The translations under genes were made by a program, and so were the position numbers. From contig JAITVV010000063.1 in the NCBI GenBank assembly GCA_031285625.1, positions 86,443 through 150,442 on the forward strand: 64,000 nt of DNA, read 5' to 3'. This DNA comes from Prevotella sp. GTDB lineage: Bacteria; Bacteroidota; Bacteroidia; Bacteroidales; Dysgonomonadaceae. Under the pieces are notes generated by a model. It made no database searches. It was given only the letters and a program-made list of their open reading frames with translations, and was not told the origin of the DNA. Below, one piece after another: positions 10,669 through 20,483 of the stretch (position 1 is its first letter; the number at the start of each line of letters is the position of its first letter).

Positions 10669-12150
10669 ATGAATACTTTTAACTTTATAGCTTTTGATCT
10701 GGGTGCTACAAATGGACGTGCTATGCTGGGTACGCTGACCGATGGCATACTGGAGCTTAAGGAACTAACCAGATTTCCTAACAAAATAATAAGAATACAT
10801 GATAAATACTACTGGGATATATTTACTCTTTACGAAGCTATAAAAGATGGATTAAATAGTGCTTCTGCTCAAAATATAAGGATAGATGCAATTGGTATTG
10901 ATACCTGGGGTGTAGATTTTGTGTATATAGGTGATGACGGTTCTATACTAAGTATACCACGCTCTTACAGGGATCCATATACTGAAGGTATTCCCGAAGA
11001 ATATTTCAAGATTATATCCAAAAAAGAACTTTATCAGCTAACAGGTATACAGATAATGAATTTCAATAGCTTGTTTCAGTTATCAGCAGCAAAAAAAGAA
11101 AATTCATCGGCATTAAAAGCATCTGATCAAATCCTATTTTTACCGGATGCACTTGCTTACATCCTTACCGGAAATAAGGTATGTGAATATACGATAGCCT
11201 CTACATCTCAATTATTAAATCCGATTACTAAAAAATTTGAAGGAGAATTACTCAAAGCGATAGGGATAAGCTCATCCATAATGCCTCCTATAGTAATGCC
11301 GGGAAAAGTAATAGGATTACTCAGAGAATCTGTGGCTAAAGAATGTAATATATCATCCATACCGGTTATAGCTGTTGCTGGACATGACACCGCATCGGCA
11401 ATTATATCTACACCTGCAAAAAATAAACATTTCGCCTATATAAGTTCCGGCACATGGTCGCTGATGGGGATTGAGGTTAAAGAACCGCTCATAAACGATA
11501 TGTCATACAAAATGAATTTCACCAACGAAGGAGGAGTTGACGGAACAATACGTTTTTTGAAGAACATCGCCGGTATGTGGTTGCTCGAGCAATGTCGTAA
11601 AGAATGGGAAGACGCCGGACGGGTTTATAACTATGCAGAGATAATAGCATTATCCAATTTTACAGAAAGATTCCAGTTTTTTGTCGACCCTGATGACCCT
11701 TCTTTTGCCAATCCGGCAAGCATGACCAATGCGATCAGGAACTTCTGTAACAACACAGGGCAAAAAGCACCTGAATCCGATGCTGAATTTATTCGTTGTA
11801 TTTTTGACAGTCTGGTATTTAAATATAAATATACCTTCAACTGCCTAAAAGAGATGGCTCCTTTCAAAATAGAAACCCTGCATATTATTGGAGGAGGCTC
11901 TCAAAATAAAATATTAAATCAATATACAGCCAATTCGATAGGGTTACCTGTCATTGCCGGGCCTTGCGAAGCCACTGCCATAGGCAATATAATGATGCAG
12001 GCTAAAGGGCTGGGATTAGTAAAATCACTAAAGGAGATAAGGGAAATCATTCGCAATTCATTCGAATCCGAAATATTCTATCCGGAAGATGTACAGCTTT
12101 GGGAGAATGCTTACAAACATTTTTTGAAAACTTTAAAAATTAAATCATAA
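10669..12150 (+). CDS. rhaB: Rhamnulokinase (FGGY family)
   Basis: AFDLGATNGR, GIDTWGVDF, AGHDTASA, SSGTWSL, FTNEGG. Start MNTFN at 10669 follows a TAATTTTG -7 box. Confidence 0.92.
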   Translation: MNTFNFIAFDLGATNGRAMLGTLTDGILELKELTRFPNKIIRIHDKYYWDIFTLYEAIKDGLNSASAQNIRIDAIGIDTWGVDFVYIGDDGSILSIPRSYRDPYTEGIPEEYFKIISKKELYQLTGIQIMNFNSLFQLSAAKKENSSALKASDQILFLPDALAYILTGNKVCEYTIASTSQLLNPITKKFEGELLKAIGISSSIMPPIVMPGKVIGLLRESVAKECNISSIPVIAVAGHDTASAIISTPAKNKHFAYISSGTWSLMGIEVKEPLINDMSYKMNFTNEGGVDGTIRFLKNIAGMWLLEQCRKEWEDAGRVYNYAEIIALSNFTERFQFFVDPDDPSFANPASMTNAIRNFCNNTGQKAPESDAEFIRCIFDSLVFKYKYTFNCLKEMAPFKIETLHIIGGGSQNKILNQYTANSIGLPVIAGPCEATAIGNIMMQAKGLGLVKSLKEIREIIRNSFESEIFYPEDVQLWENAYKHFLKTLKIKS

Positions 12151-12163
12151 ATACCTTGTTACC

Positions 12164-13420
12164 ATGAAAAAAACAGAGTTAATCCAAAAATCATATGAGA
12201 TTGCAAAAGAACGCTATGCGGCGTTAGGTATAGATACTGAAGCTGCATTAAAAAGGCTACAAAAAATAGCAATATCTATCCATTGTTGGCAAGCAGATGA
12301 TGTTACAGGATTTGAAAATCTGAACAATGTAGGCGGAGGGGGAATACAGGCTACAGGGAACTACCCAGGCAAAGCACGTAATATAGATGAAATACGCAGT
12401 GATATAGAAAAAGTGTTGACACTTATAGCAGGGAAACATCGTCTTAATCTCCACGAAACATATGGAGAGTTCGGCGATAAAGTTATTGACCGCGATGAAG
12501 TGGAGCCTGAGCATTTTACAAGTTGGATGCAATGGGCCAAAGAAAAAGACCTGAAACTGGACTTTAATTCTACCTCTTTCGGACACCCTAAAAGCGGCGA
12601 TCTTACTTTAGCAAATCCGGATAAAGCGATACGTGATTTTTGGATTGAGCACACGAAGCGATGCCGTATAATTTCCGAAGAAATGGGTAAATTCCAAAAC
12701 GATCCTTGTATAATGAACCTATGGATACACGACGGTTCGAAAGACCTGACTGTAAACCGATATAAATACCGCCAGATACTGGAACAATCGTTAGACGAGA
12801 TATTTGCGACAGAATACAAGCATATGAAAGACTGTCTGGAGTCGAAACTATTTGGTATCGCACTGGAAAGTTATACTGTAGGTTCACATGACTTCTATCT
12901 GGGATATGGTGCCAAGAAACAAAAGATTGTCACATTGGATACCGGACACTTCCACTTATCTGAAAATGTAGCTGATAAAATATCATCACTATTGCTATTT
13001 ACACCAGAAATAATGTTACATGTAAGTCGCCCTATCCGTTGGGATTCTGATCATGTGGTAATTCTGAATGATGATATCTGCGAATTAGCAAAAGAAATCG
13101 TCCGTGCCGATGCCCTGAACAGAGTAAATGTAGGACTTGATTTCTTTGATGCATCTATCAACCGTATTGGAGCCTATGTAATTGGTATACGTGCTACACA
13201 AAAAGCTTTTCTGCAGGCGTTGCTCGAACCGTTAGCAAAATTACGCGAATACGAGGGTAATGGTCAGTATTTTGAAAGGCTGGCTCTTCTTGAAGAATCG
13301 AAAGGATTACCATGGAATGCTGTATGGGATTACTTCTGCCTGATAAATGATATTGCTGTTGGTGAAGATTATATCGCAGAAGTACAACAATATGAAAAAA
13401 GCGTGACTTCAAAAAGATGA
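12164..13420 (+). CDS. rhaA: L-rhamnose isomerase
   Basis: SIHCWQADDV, ATGNYPGKAR, ESKLFGI, DTGHF, HVSRPIRWDSDHV, LDFFDASINR. Confidence 0.96.
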   Translation: MKKTELIQKSYEIAKERYAALGIDTEAALKRLQKIAISIHCWQADDVTGFENLNNVGGGGIQATGNYPGKARNIDEIRSDIEKVLTLIAGKHRLNLHETYGEFGDKVIDRDEVEPEHFTSWMQWAKEKDLKLDFNSTSFGHPKSGDLTLANPDKAIRDFWIEHTKRCRIISEEMGKFQNDPCIMNLWIHDGSKDLTVNRYKYRQILEQSLDEIFATEYKHMKDCLESKLFGIALESYTVGSHDFYLGYGAKKQKIVTLDTGHFHLSENVADKISSLLLFTPEIMLHVSRPIRWDSDHVVILNDDICELAKEIVRADALNRVNVGLDFFDASINRIGAYVIGIRATQKAFLQALLEPLAKLREYEGNGQYFERLALLEESKGLPWNAVWDYFCLINDIAVGEDYIAEVQQYEKSVTSKR

Positions 13421-13434
13421 AATAGCAAACATAT

Positions 13435-14460
13435 ATGAATACAATATTAGGTTTGGTTATAATCGCAATCGGTAGTCTGGGGCAATCCAGTTCTTACGTC
13501 CCAATTAATAAAGTAAAGAATTGGTCGTGGGAATGCTTTTGGCTTGTACAAGGTGTTTTTGCCTGGATCTTTTTTCCTATGATAGGTGCTCACATGGCTA
13601 TACCTTCCGGTAATTCCCTTTCTGAGATAATTATGACCGGGGATGCTGCTTATAAATCGGTAGGCTATGGAATACTCTGGGGTATCGGCGGACTTACCTT
13701 TGGGCTAAGTATGCGATATCTGGGTATTGCTCTCGGGCAGTCTCTGGCTTTGGGTACATGTTCGGCTTTTGGCACACTTATTCCGGCTTTACTCAGAGGT
13801 GAAAACTTATTCACAGGTAATGGGCTGATACTCCTTATTGGAGTGAGTATTGCTATAGCAGGTATAGCTGTTATTGGTTATGCAGGAGCTTTGAAGTCAC
13901 GGAATATGACTGAAGAAGAGAAAAAGAAAGCTATTAAAGACTTTGCTCTGAAAAAAGGCATATTAATAGCATTAATGGCCGGTATAATGAGTGCTTGCTT
14001 CAATCTCGGGCTGGAAGCAGGAGCACCTATTAAAGCCCGTATTCTGGAATTAGGAACAAACAGTTTATTAGTATTGAACCCAGTAATATTATTAGTTACA
14101 ATCGGAGGTTTTATCACAAATGCCTGTTATTGCCTTTTTCAGAATTACAGAAACAAAACATTCAAAGACTATATTTCTATCTCCGGTTCAAACTGGATAA
14201 ACAACTTATTGTTTTGTGCTTTGGCCGGACTATTATGGTATTCCCAGTTTTTCGGACTGGGAGTAGGACAAAGTTTCTTTGAGACGGGTAGTGTTATGAT
14301 GGCATTCTCATGGAGTATACTAATGTCTTTAAATGTATTATTTAGTAATTTATGGGGTATAATTTTAAAAGAATGGAAAGGTGCAGCCAACAAAACTATA
14401 ATAGTGCTTGTAGCGGGGCTGGCAATCCTTATTTTTTCTATTATTTTCCCTCAACTTTGA
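13435..14460 (+). CDS. rhaT: L-rhamnose/proton symporter
   Basis: KVKNWSWE, WGIGGLTFGLSMRYLG, WGIILKEWKG; located in the rha operon. Confidence 0.93.
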   Translation: MNTILGLVIIAIGSLGQSSSYVPINKVKNWSWECFWLVQGVFAWIFFPMIGAHMAIPSGNSLSEIIMTGDAAYKSVGYGILWGIGGLTFGLSMRYLGIALGQSLALGTCSAFGTLIPALLRGENLFTGNGLILLIGVSIAIAGIAVIGYAGALKSRNMTEEEKKKAIKDFALKKGILIALMAGIMSACFNLGLEAGAPIKARILELGTNSLLVLNPVILLVTIGGFITNACYCLFQNYRNKTFKDYISISGSNWINNLLFCALAGLLWYSQFFGLGVGQSFFETGSVMMAFSWSILMSLNVLFSNLWGIILKEWKGAANKTIIVLVAGLAILIFSIIFPQL

Positions 14461-14468
14461 AATATAAA

Positions 14469-15269
14469 ATGAAACTAAAAGTAAATGACAAGCTAAAAGA
14501 ACAGCTTGACGAAGTAGCTGAAATAGCCGGATATCTGTGGCAAAAAGGTTGGGCTGAACGAAACGCCGGAAATATATCTATCAATATCAGTGACATAATA
14601 GGAGATGAGAACAAAGATCTACCGTCACTATCTACTTATGGTTTACCTGGTGAAATGAAAGAATTATCGGGTGATTTCTTCTTTGTAACGGGTACAGGTA
14701 AACGAATGCGGGATGTAGCCAAAGATCCGTTAAAAAATGGAGCGATTATACGTATTTCATCAGACGGTAACTCATACGATGTGATAGCAGAAGAAAATAT
14801 AAAACCGACTTCAGAGTTGGCATCCCATTTCTCTATCCTTTCATCATTCAAGAAAAAAGGCTCGAAAAACAGGTTAGTACTCCATACACACCCAACTGAT
14901 CTGATCGCATTATCGCATATTAAAGAACTAAAGAATGAAGACGCTTTGAATAACTTGCTTTGGTCGATGCATCCCGAAACATTTATTGTAGTTCCCCGGG
15001 GCATTGGTCTTGTCCCATATGAGGTCCCCGGAACAGTGGCAATCGCCGATTTGACCTTGCCCGTACTGGAAAAACATGATATCGTTATATGGGAAAAACA
15101 TGGAGCTTTCGCTATCGGCGAAAATCTGACAGATACATTTGATCTGATCGACACCTTATCTAAGTCTGCACAAATATATGCTTTTGCAAAAACATGCGGA
15201 TATCATCCCGAAGGATTAACAAAAGAACAAATAAATGGACTGATAAAACCTTTTAATATTAAAATTTAG
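14469..15269 (+). CDS. rhaD: Rhamnulose-1-phosphate aldolase
   Basis: KGWAERNAGNIS, PTSEL, HTHPT, WEKHG. Start MKLKV at 14469. Confidence 0.93.
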   Translation: MKLKVNDKLKEQLDEVAEIAGYLWQKGWAERNAGNISINISDIIGDENKDLPSLSTYGLPGEMKELSGDFFFVTGTGKRMRDVAKDPLKNGAIIRISSDGNSYDVIAEENIKPTSELASHFSILSSFKKKGSKNRLVLHTHPTDLIALSHIKELKNEDALNNLLWSMHPETFIVVPRGIGLVPYEVPGTVAIADLTLPVLEKHDIVIWEKHGAFAIGENLTDTFDLIDTLSKSAQIYAFAKTCGYHPEGLTKEQINGLIKPFNIKI

Positions 15270-15310
15270 GTATCTTGCATCTCATACCTAAAATTTAATA
15301 CTAATAGAAG

Positions 15311-16666
15311 ATGCAAGAGAAAAATAAGGTAAACCGCAGAGAATTTCTCAAATTATCAGCGTTAGGTTTAGCCAGCTTAACCATTATCCCAAGCTGGTCG
15401 ATGAATGGAATACGGATTGCTCCGAGCGATAGAGTCGTATTGGGTTTTATAGGGCTGGGGCAACAGGGATTATCTGATTTTAGTAGTTTCAGCAATTGTC
15501 CCGGAGTGCAGGTTGCTGCCTGTAGCGATGTAGATTCACTAAAAACTGAGCGTTTCAGAAGAAAAATACAAGCCTGGCAAACCACTCAGAAAATGGTAAT
15601 CCGCTGCGATAAATATGAATTTTATGAAGAGTTGCTGAACAGAAAAGATATAGATGCTGTGTCTATAGCTACACCTGATCATTGGCATGCATTGAATGTT
15701 ATACATGCTTGTCAGGCTGGGAAAGATGTATATTGTCAAAAACCTCTGGCTTACACCATTACCGAAGGCTTGGCTATGGTAAGGGCTGTACGTGATAATA
15801 AGCGGGTATTGCAAGTAGGAAGCCAACAACGTTCCAGTAAAGAATTTATAAAAGCAATAGAACTGGTACAATCCGGAGCCATAGGGCATATAGAAAAAAT
15901 ATATGCCAAAGTGGGAGATCCTCCTAAACCTCTCAATTTACCTGAACAACAAGTACCAAATAATTTGAATTTCAACTTATGGCTAGGACCATTAAACGAT
16001 CCGAAAGTACACTATCATCCGGATCTATGTCCTCCTATATCACTTGAGCCTGAACAAAACGAGCAATTGTGGGGTGCATGGCGTTGGTATAGCGAAACTG
16101 GAAATGGCTTTACAGCAGATTGGGGCGCCCATATGTTCGACATATCACAAGCTGCAATCGGCATGGATGGTTCGGGTCCTGTACAGTATATACCAAAAGG
16201 ATATAACGGTACTAAATACCTGACAATGAAATATGCTAATGGAATAGAAATGTCAGAGCAACCTTACAGGGATGATGATCCAGATGCACAAGGGATTAAA
16301 TTCATTGGTAGCAAAGGATGGATACAAGTCGCCCGTGGATTTCTGGCATGTTCAGATCCTGCTTTGCTGAAAGAGGATGAGAAGAAAACCGGCGGAGTGA
16401 AAGCAGGAGAATTCGAAGTCAGCTCCCCTCATATGCAAAACTTTATTGATTGTGTTCGTTCCCGCAAAAATCCTGTTGCTTCGGTTGAGGTCGGTTGCGG
16501 TACAAACACACTTTGCTGCCTTGCAAACATTGCTACAGAACTGAAACGTCCTGTGAAATGGAATCCGGCAACACTTAGTTTTGTAAATGACAGTGAGGCC
16601 GAAAACCACCGATTATATTATTATCAATACAGGCGGCCATATACCCTTCCATATTATAATCTATAA
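15311..16666 (+). CDS. Gfo/Idh/MocA NAD(P)-dependent oxidoreductase with twin-arginine signal
   Basis: NRREFLK Tat motif; GFIGLG, IATPDHWH, YCQKP, QVGSQQRS, DWGAH. Confidence 0.88.
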   Translation: MQEKNKVNRREFLKLSALGLASLTIIPSWSMNGIRIAPSDRVVLGFIGLGQQGLSDFSSFSNCPGVQVAACSDVDSLKTERFRRKIQAWQTTQKMVIRCDKYEFYEELLNRKDIDAVSIATPDHWHALNVIHACQAGKDVYCQKPLAYTITEGLAMVRAVRDNKRVLQVGSQQRSSKEFIKAIELVQSGAIGHIEKIYAKVGDPPKPLNLPEQQVPNNLNFNLWLGPLNDPKVHYHPDLCPPISLEPEQNEQLWGAWRWYSETGNGFTADWGAHMFDISQAAIGMDGSGPVQYIPKGYNGTKYLTMKYANGIEMSEQPYRDDDPDAQGIKFIGSKGWIQVARGFLACSDPALLKEDEKKTGGVKAGEFEVSSPHMQNFIDCVRSRKNPVASVEVGCGTNTLCCLANIATELKRPVKWNPATLSFVNDSEAENHRLYYYQYRRPYTLPYYNL

Positions 16667-16701
16667 ATAAAAAGAGGAACCTTTAAGTTCCTCTTTTTAT
16701 T
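16666..16701. terminator. Bidirectional intrinsic terminator
   Basis: AATAAAAAGAGGAAC-CTTTAA-GTTCCTCTTTTTATT between convergent genes. Confidence 0.8.
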
Positions 16702-17593
16702 ATTCTCCCTGTGTAAATTTACGATACTCGATAGGAGTAATCTTATTCTTTTTCTTAAATGCAGTGAAGAAGTATTCCTGATTTTCAAACCCCATAAGAT
16801 ATGCTATTTCTTTTACAGGAATTAAGGTATTTGTCAATAGTTCTTTTGATTTCTGAATTTTCAACTCCTGAATATATTGTGATGGAGCAAAACCTGTATA
16901 CTCCTTAAATATCTTTCTAAAGTTGGAGTAGCTCATATTCAGCTTATCTGCAATTTCTTTTGGTTTAATATCTTTAAAATTTTCAAGAATTATAATCTTT
17001 GCTTTATTTATTTGATTAATAGATTCTGATCCTTCAAAGCCATAATTTCTATCGAGAGAATATGCCAGTCCAAGCAAATGGTTTACGATACCTGCCAGCA
17101 TTTGCTGAAATCCTGATTTTTGCTCGATAGCAATCTGGATAGCCTGCTGGTACATCTGCACAATTTCATTATTCATTCCGGTATTGAACACGGGTTTCCC
17201 CTTATTAAAGAAGCCATTTTCCACCCTACTATCTATATTGATACCCTTGAAACCAATCCAGTATTCATCCCAACCAGTCTGTTTATCAGGCATATAATTA
17301 TGCCATTCTCCGGGAAATAATAAAAACATATTACCCTCTTTTACTTTAAATGCATCATTGCTCTTAGTAGTATGAGAAGTAAATGTTCCACGACCTCTGG
17401 TTATATATAATAATTGATATTCATCCAATATTCTCCCTTTCTCTGTTGAAAAGAGATAACGCGTAGGATGATTTCCGGGAGGATATGACATATTCGCCTC
17501 AATATTCTGATAGCCAACCGAATTCACGGTTAGCCCCCATAACAAATCAGTCTCGTTAACAATTAAGTATTTCAAATGAATTGAATCTCTCAT
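16700..17593 (-). CDS. AraC-family regulator (probable rhamnose regulator RhaR)
   Basis: Cupin FPGEWHNY plus C-terminal double HTH (VKEIAYLMGFENQEYFFTAFKK); adjacent to the rha operon. Confidence 0.85.
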   Translation of the reverse strand: MRDSIHLKYLIVNETDLLWGLTVNSVGYQNIEANMSYPPGNHPTRYLFSTEKGRILDEYQLLYITRGRGTFTSHTTKSNDAFKVKEGNMFLLFPGEWHNYMPDKQTGWDEYWIGFKGINIDSRVENGFFNKGKPVFNTGMNNEIVQMYQQAIQIAIEQKSGFQQMLAGIVNHLLGLAYSLDRNYGFEGSESINQINKAKIIILENFKDIKPKEIADKLNMSYSNFRKIFKEYTGFAPSQYIQELKIQKSKELLTNTLIPVKEIAYLMGFENQEYFFTAFKKKNKITPIEYRKFTQGE

Positions 17594-17900
17594 TGTAGGT
17601 ATATGTTATTCTGGCATTATCAACATACAAATTAACAAAATATTTACAAATCTTATACTCATTAAATATAGAAATAAGCAAAATACTCTTCGTTACTACA
17701 GTCTCGTTATCCAAACATTCGGTAAGTGAACTCAGATATAAATATGCAGACAATATTTTTCATAGTGTATAGCTTAGATTGATTAATATCCAGTCAAGGT
17801 TTTCTGGAAATAATAAAACAAATATATAACCTTATATCCTTTCTAAATTAACGGATTTGATATAAGTATTCTAAAAAATGATATTTCGATATATAAGAAA

Positions 17901-17926
17901 ACTTCAGAAATAATTATTTCTGAAGT
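17901..17926. terminator. Perfect 26-bp palindrome downstream of the vgrG-PAAR operon
   Basis: ACTTCAGAAATAATTATTTCTGAAGT equals its own reverse complement; followed by a T-run on the minus strand. Confidence 0.6.
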
Positions 17927-17966
17927 CAAAGCCATGACTAACTGAGAACAAAAAGCAAAAGTGAAT

Positions 17967-18311
17967 TTATTTATTGCTTACATGCTCATTACTGCCAGTA
18001 TCAGTAAAACTTATTTTACCTCCATAGCTACACATACAAAAAGAATCTTTTGTTAATTTTTTGTTACCTTGAATGGCAGTGGCCTCTGCAGTTTTCTGCC
18101 AGGCCTGTGGTGACGGAACACATGCAGGCTTATACCACACTCTGCTACAGGAACCAAATGAAGGAATATTAACAATACCTTCTTTATCTGCATCTGTTGC
18201 CAATACAGAATTATTAATTTTTTTAAAATCCTGACTTGTCACTTTTATTGTAGCTGGCCCAGAGCCAAGGGTGCATTGCATTTTTGCTCCTTCAGTTATT
18301 AAAATCGGCAT
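17967..18311 (-). CDS. DUF4280 PAAR-like spike tip protein
   Basis: GAKMQCTLG, NIPSFGSC, CVPSPQAW, CMCSYGGKISF Cys pattern of DUF4280. Confidence 0.88.
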   Translation of the reverse strand: MPILITEGAKMQCTLGSGPATIKVTSQDFKKINNSVLATDADKEGIVNIPSFGSCSRVWYKPACVPSPQAWQKTAEATAIQGNKKLTKDSFCMCSYGGKISFTDTGSNEHVSNK

Positions 18312-18316
18312 ATTAT

Positions 18317-18910
18317 TTATTTCTTAGTTTCATATAATGAATCAATAAAAATACTTATATTCTTTATTGTCCAGAAATAATCAAATCTGGTAGTATAATA
18401 CAACTTATCACAATATTCATTCTTAGTAGAGATTTCGGGATCTTTAAATTTAATCCGGTAAAAATCTTCTCCATAATTTTTTATAATGGAATCTCCAATA
18501 CTGTATTTCCTCACACATTCCTGATATTTTCTATATATACGCGATTTATTCAGATCTTTGAAATCATATACCCTGGTTATTGTAAGAGGTACATTTTTAG
18601 GATTATAAATACTGTCCTTTATTTTTACAACAAACCAGAAATTCTGAACAACTGCTTTATTTGTGTCTTCTATCCTTTCCCTGTTTATATCTAAATCTTC
18701 AATAAATCTGAATGCAATCCACTTAAAAATAGAGTCATTAAATATCTGTAAAGGTTTCTCTGCTTTTTGACGTCTTATCTCCCACGCTATTTGTATCTGT
18801 TTGTCACGTTTGGAATCGAAGATTACATACCATTTTGAATAATAAGTTACTCCTATAAAAAGTATAGAGAGAAATACTATTCCAAATATTTTTTCTTTAC
18901 GCGAAACCAT
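18317..18910 (-). CDS. Membrane-anchored hypothetical protein; putative immunity protein, paralog 2
   Basis: Single N-terminal TM helix; shares long identical blocks with 18913-19569; lies between putative effector and PAAR. Confidence 0.6.
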   Translation of the reverse strand: MVSRKEKIFGIVFLSILFIGVTYYSKWYVIFDSKRDKQIQIAWEIRRQKAEKPLQIFNDSIFKWIAFRFIEDLDINRERIEDTNKAVVQNFWFVVKIKDSIYNPKNVPLTITRVYDFKDLNKSRIYRKYQECVRKYSIGDSIIKNYGEDFYRIKFKDPEISTKNEYCDKLYYTTRFDYFWTIKNISIFIDSLYETKK

Positions 18911-18912
18911 AA

Positions 18913-19569
18913 TTACTTAGTCCTAGCCTCATATAATAAAGAATCTATAAATGGACCTATATTCTTTACTGTCCAAAAATAATCAAAATCAGTAGTATAG
19001 TATAATTTATCACACCTTCCAGGGGTAGGATAATTTGGCTTATCTGTTTTAAATTTGATCCGATAAAAATCTTCTCCGTAATTTTTAATAATAGAGTCTC
19101 CTTTACTTTCATCATCGAATGTACAATCCTGCGGTAGCCAATATATTTTGGCTTTTTCGGGATTCCTTACATCATATATACGTTTTACCTCTAACGGAAC
19201 ATTTTGCGGATTATAAATATTTCTATCCAAAGATGCAATAAAATAGTAAACTTCTATACTTTCATTATTTTCATTAGAAAACCTATCATACTCTTTTTCC
19301 ATAATAATTCCTCTGAATTCAATCCATTTAAAAATAGAATCATTAAATATTTGTAGCGGTTTTTCGGCTCTTTGATACCTGATCTTCCAAGCTTGGTCAA
19401 CTGTAGACAAATATAGACTCGGGTTGCTAAAGAATCTTCGGTTTGAATATAAAATCAATCCTCCAATAATCGTTAAAACAATTAGTACTGTTACTATAAA
19501 GAATTTTCGGTCTCCTTTTTCCTTTTCTCTATCTTTATTAGGCAAAATATTCATCTTCTGATTCTCCAT
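18913..19569 (-). CDS. Membrane-anchored hypothetical protein; putative immunity protein, paralog 1
   Basis: N-terminal TM helix; AEKPLQIFNDSIFKWI, GDSIIKNYGEDFYRIKFK, CDKLYYTT shared with its neighbour; overlaps the end of the upstream ORF. Confidence 0.6.
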   Translation of the reverse strand: MENQKMNILPNKDREKEKGDRKFFIVTVLIVLTIIGGLILYSNRRFFSNPSLYLSTVDQAWKIRYQRAEKPLQIFNDSIFKWIEFRGIIMEKEYDRFSNENNESIEVYYFIASLDRNIYNPQNVPLEVKRIYDVRNPEKAKIYWLPQDCTFDDESKGDSIIKNYGEDFYRIKFKTDKPNYPTPGRCDKLYYTTDFDYFWTVKNIGPFIDSLLYEARTK

Positions 19570-20482
19570 TGTTTAATGCCGCAAAGAATTGAGGAGTGAG
19601 CCCTTGGTTTGCCAGCATTTGTTTATATTCTACATCTATATCTTCTTTATTAGCCAAATTATAATAATCGTCCAGAGTTTCTATATTTTCTCTTTGTACT
19701 ATTATGGTTGCTGTTCTAATTATTTTTCTTAACCATTCGGGCATTTCAACACCACTAATATTTTCAAAGATAGAAACAATATCTGTTCTTAATTTTATAA
19801 AATGAATCCATCTTATTGCAAAATCCAAATAGTCTCTATTCTTCGATTCTTTCTCTTCGTCCATAAGCCAATAATAGGATGCGTAGCTAAGAGTAAAATC
19901 AAGAGATGGAGAACCAAGTCCTGCACCAATATCCAATGACGCCCCCCACCATTTACCTCTATCATAGGCTTCGTCAACTGATAATACAGCCAAAGTAGGT
20001 TTACCATCATCAGCTCCGGCAAAATATGTACCTCCAAAACTAATTCCTAAACCTGCCTTCAATTTTACACTGATACTACTTGCCATAAACCATTCCTCCC
20101 ATGAGCTTGGAGTAACTCTGATATCTGAACATTTCCTGAAAGCAAGAAAAGGAGATGCATTAACGCTAATGCTACCACTTAGCTTAAAGAAGCTTGCTGC
20201 CTTTTTGGGATCAATCAGACTTTTAATTGTATCTTTAATACCTCTTGTTATAATAGTATCTATAGAATAGCCCAAATGTAAATATAAAAATGGATACCAG
20301 GCAAATTCACCCACTGTAAATACTGTATAGTTTATACCTCCACGCCCCATCAGATCCACAAGTTTTGTTAGACTTACACTACCATCTAGTTCTAGATTAT
20401 ACCCAAAAGCTTTAGGTATAAAGTCTTCTATTGATACTTCCGATGATTTTTCTTCTACTTCTGCAATTAGTATATCATTCAT
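19538..20482 (-). CDS. Hypothetical protein; putative VgrG-associated effector
   Basis: Starts 1 nt after the vgrG stop; no signal peptide; Gly/Ser-rich alternating beta-strand segments; no catalytic motif recognised. Confidence 0.5.
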   Translation of the reverse strand: MNDILIAEVEEKSSEVSIEDFIPKAFGYNLELDGSVSLTKLVDLMGRGGINYTVFTVGEFAWYPFLYLHLGYSIDTIITRGIKDTIKSLIDPKKAASFFKLSGSISVNASPFLAFRKCSDIRVTPSSWEEWFMASSISVKLKAGLGISFGGTYFAGADDGKPTLAVLSVDEAYDRGKWWGASLDIGAGLGSPSLDFTLSYASYYWLMDEEKESKNRDYLDFAIRWIHFIKLRTDIVSIFENISGVEMPEWLRKIIRTATIIVQRENIETLDDYYNLANKEDIDVEYKQMLANQGLTPQFFAALNNGESEDEYFA

Positions 20483-20483
20483 A

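Noticed and set aside
17600-17960. Duplicated tRNA-Gln 3' end (att site) at the island's left edge
   Set aside because: No convincing match to TTGTCTCATTAGGATTCGAA seen by eye
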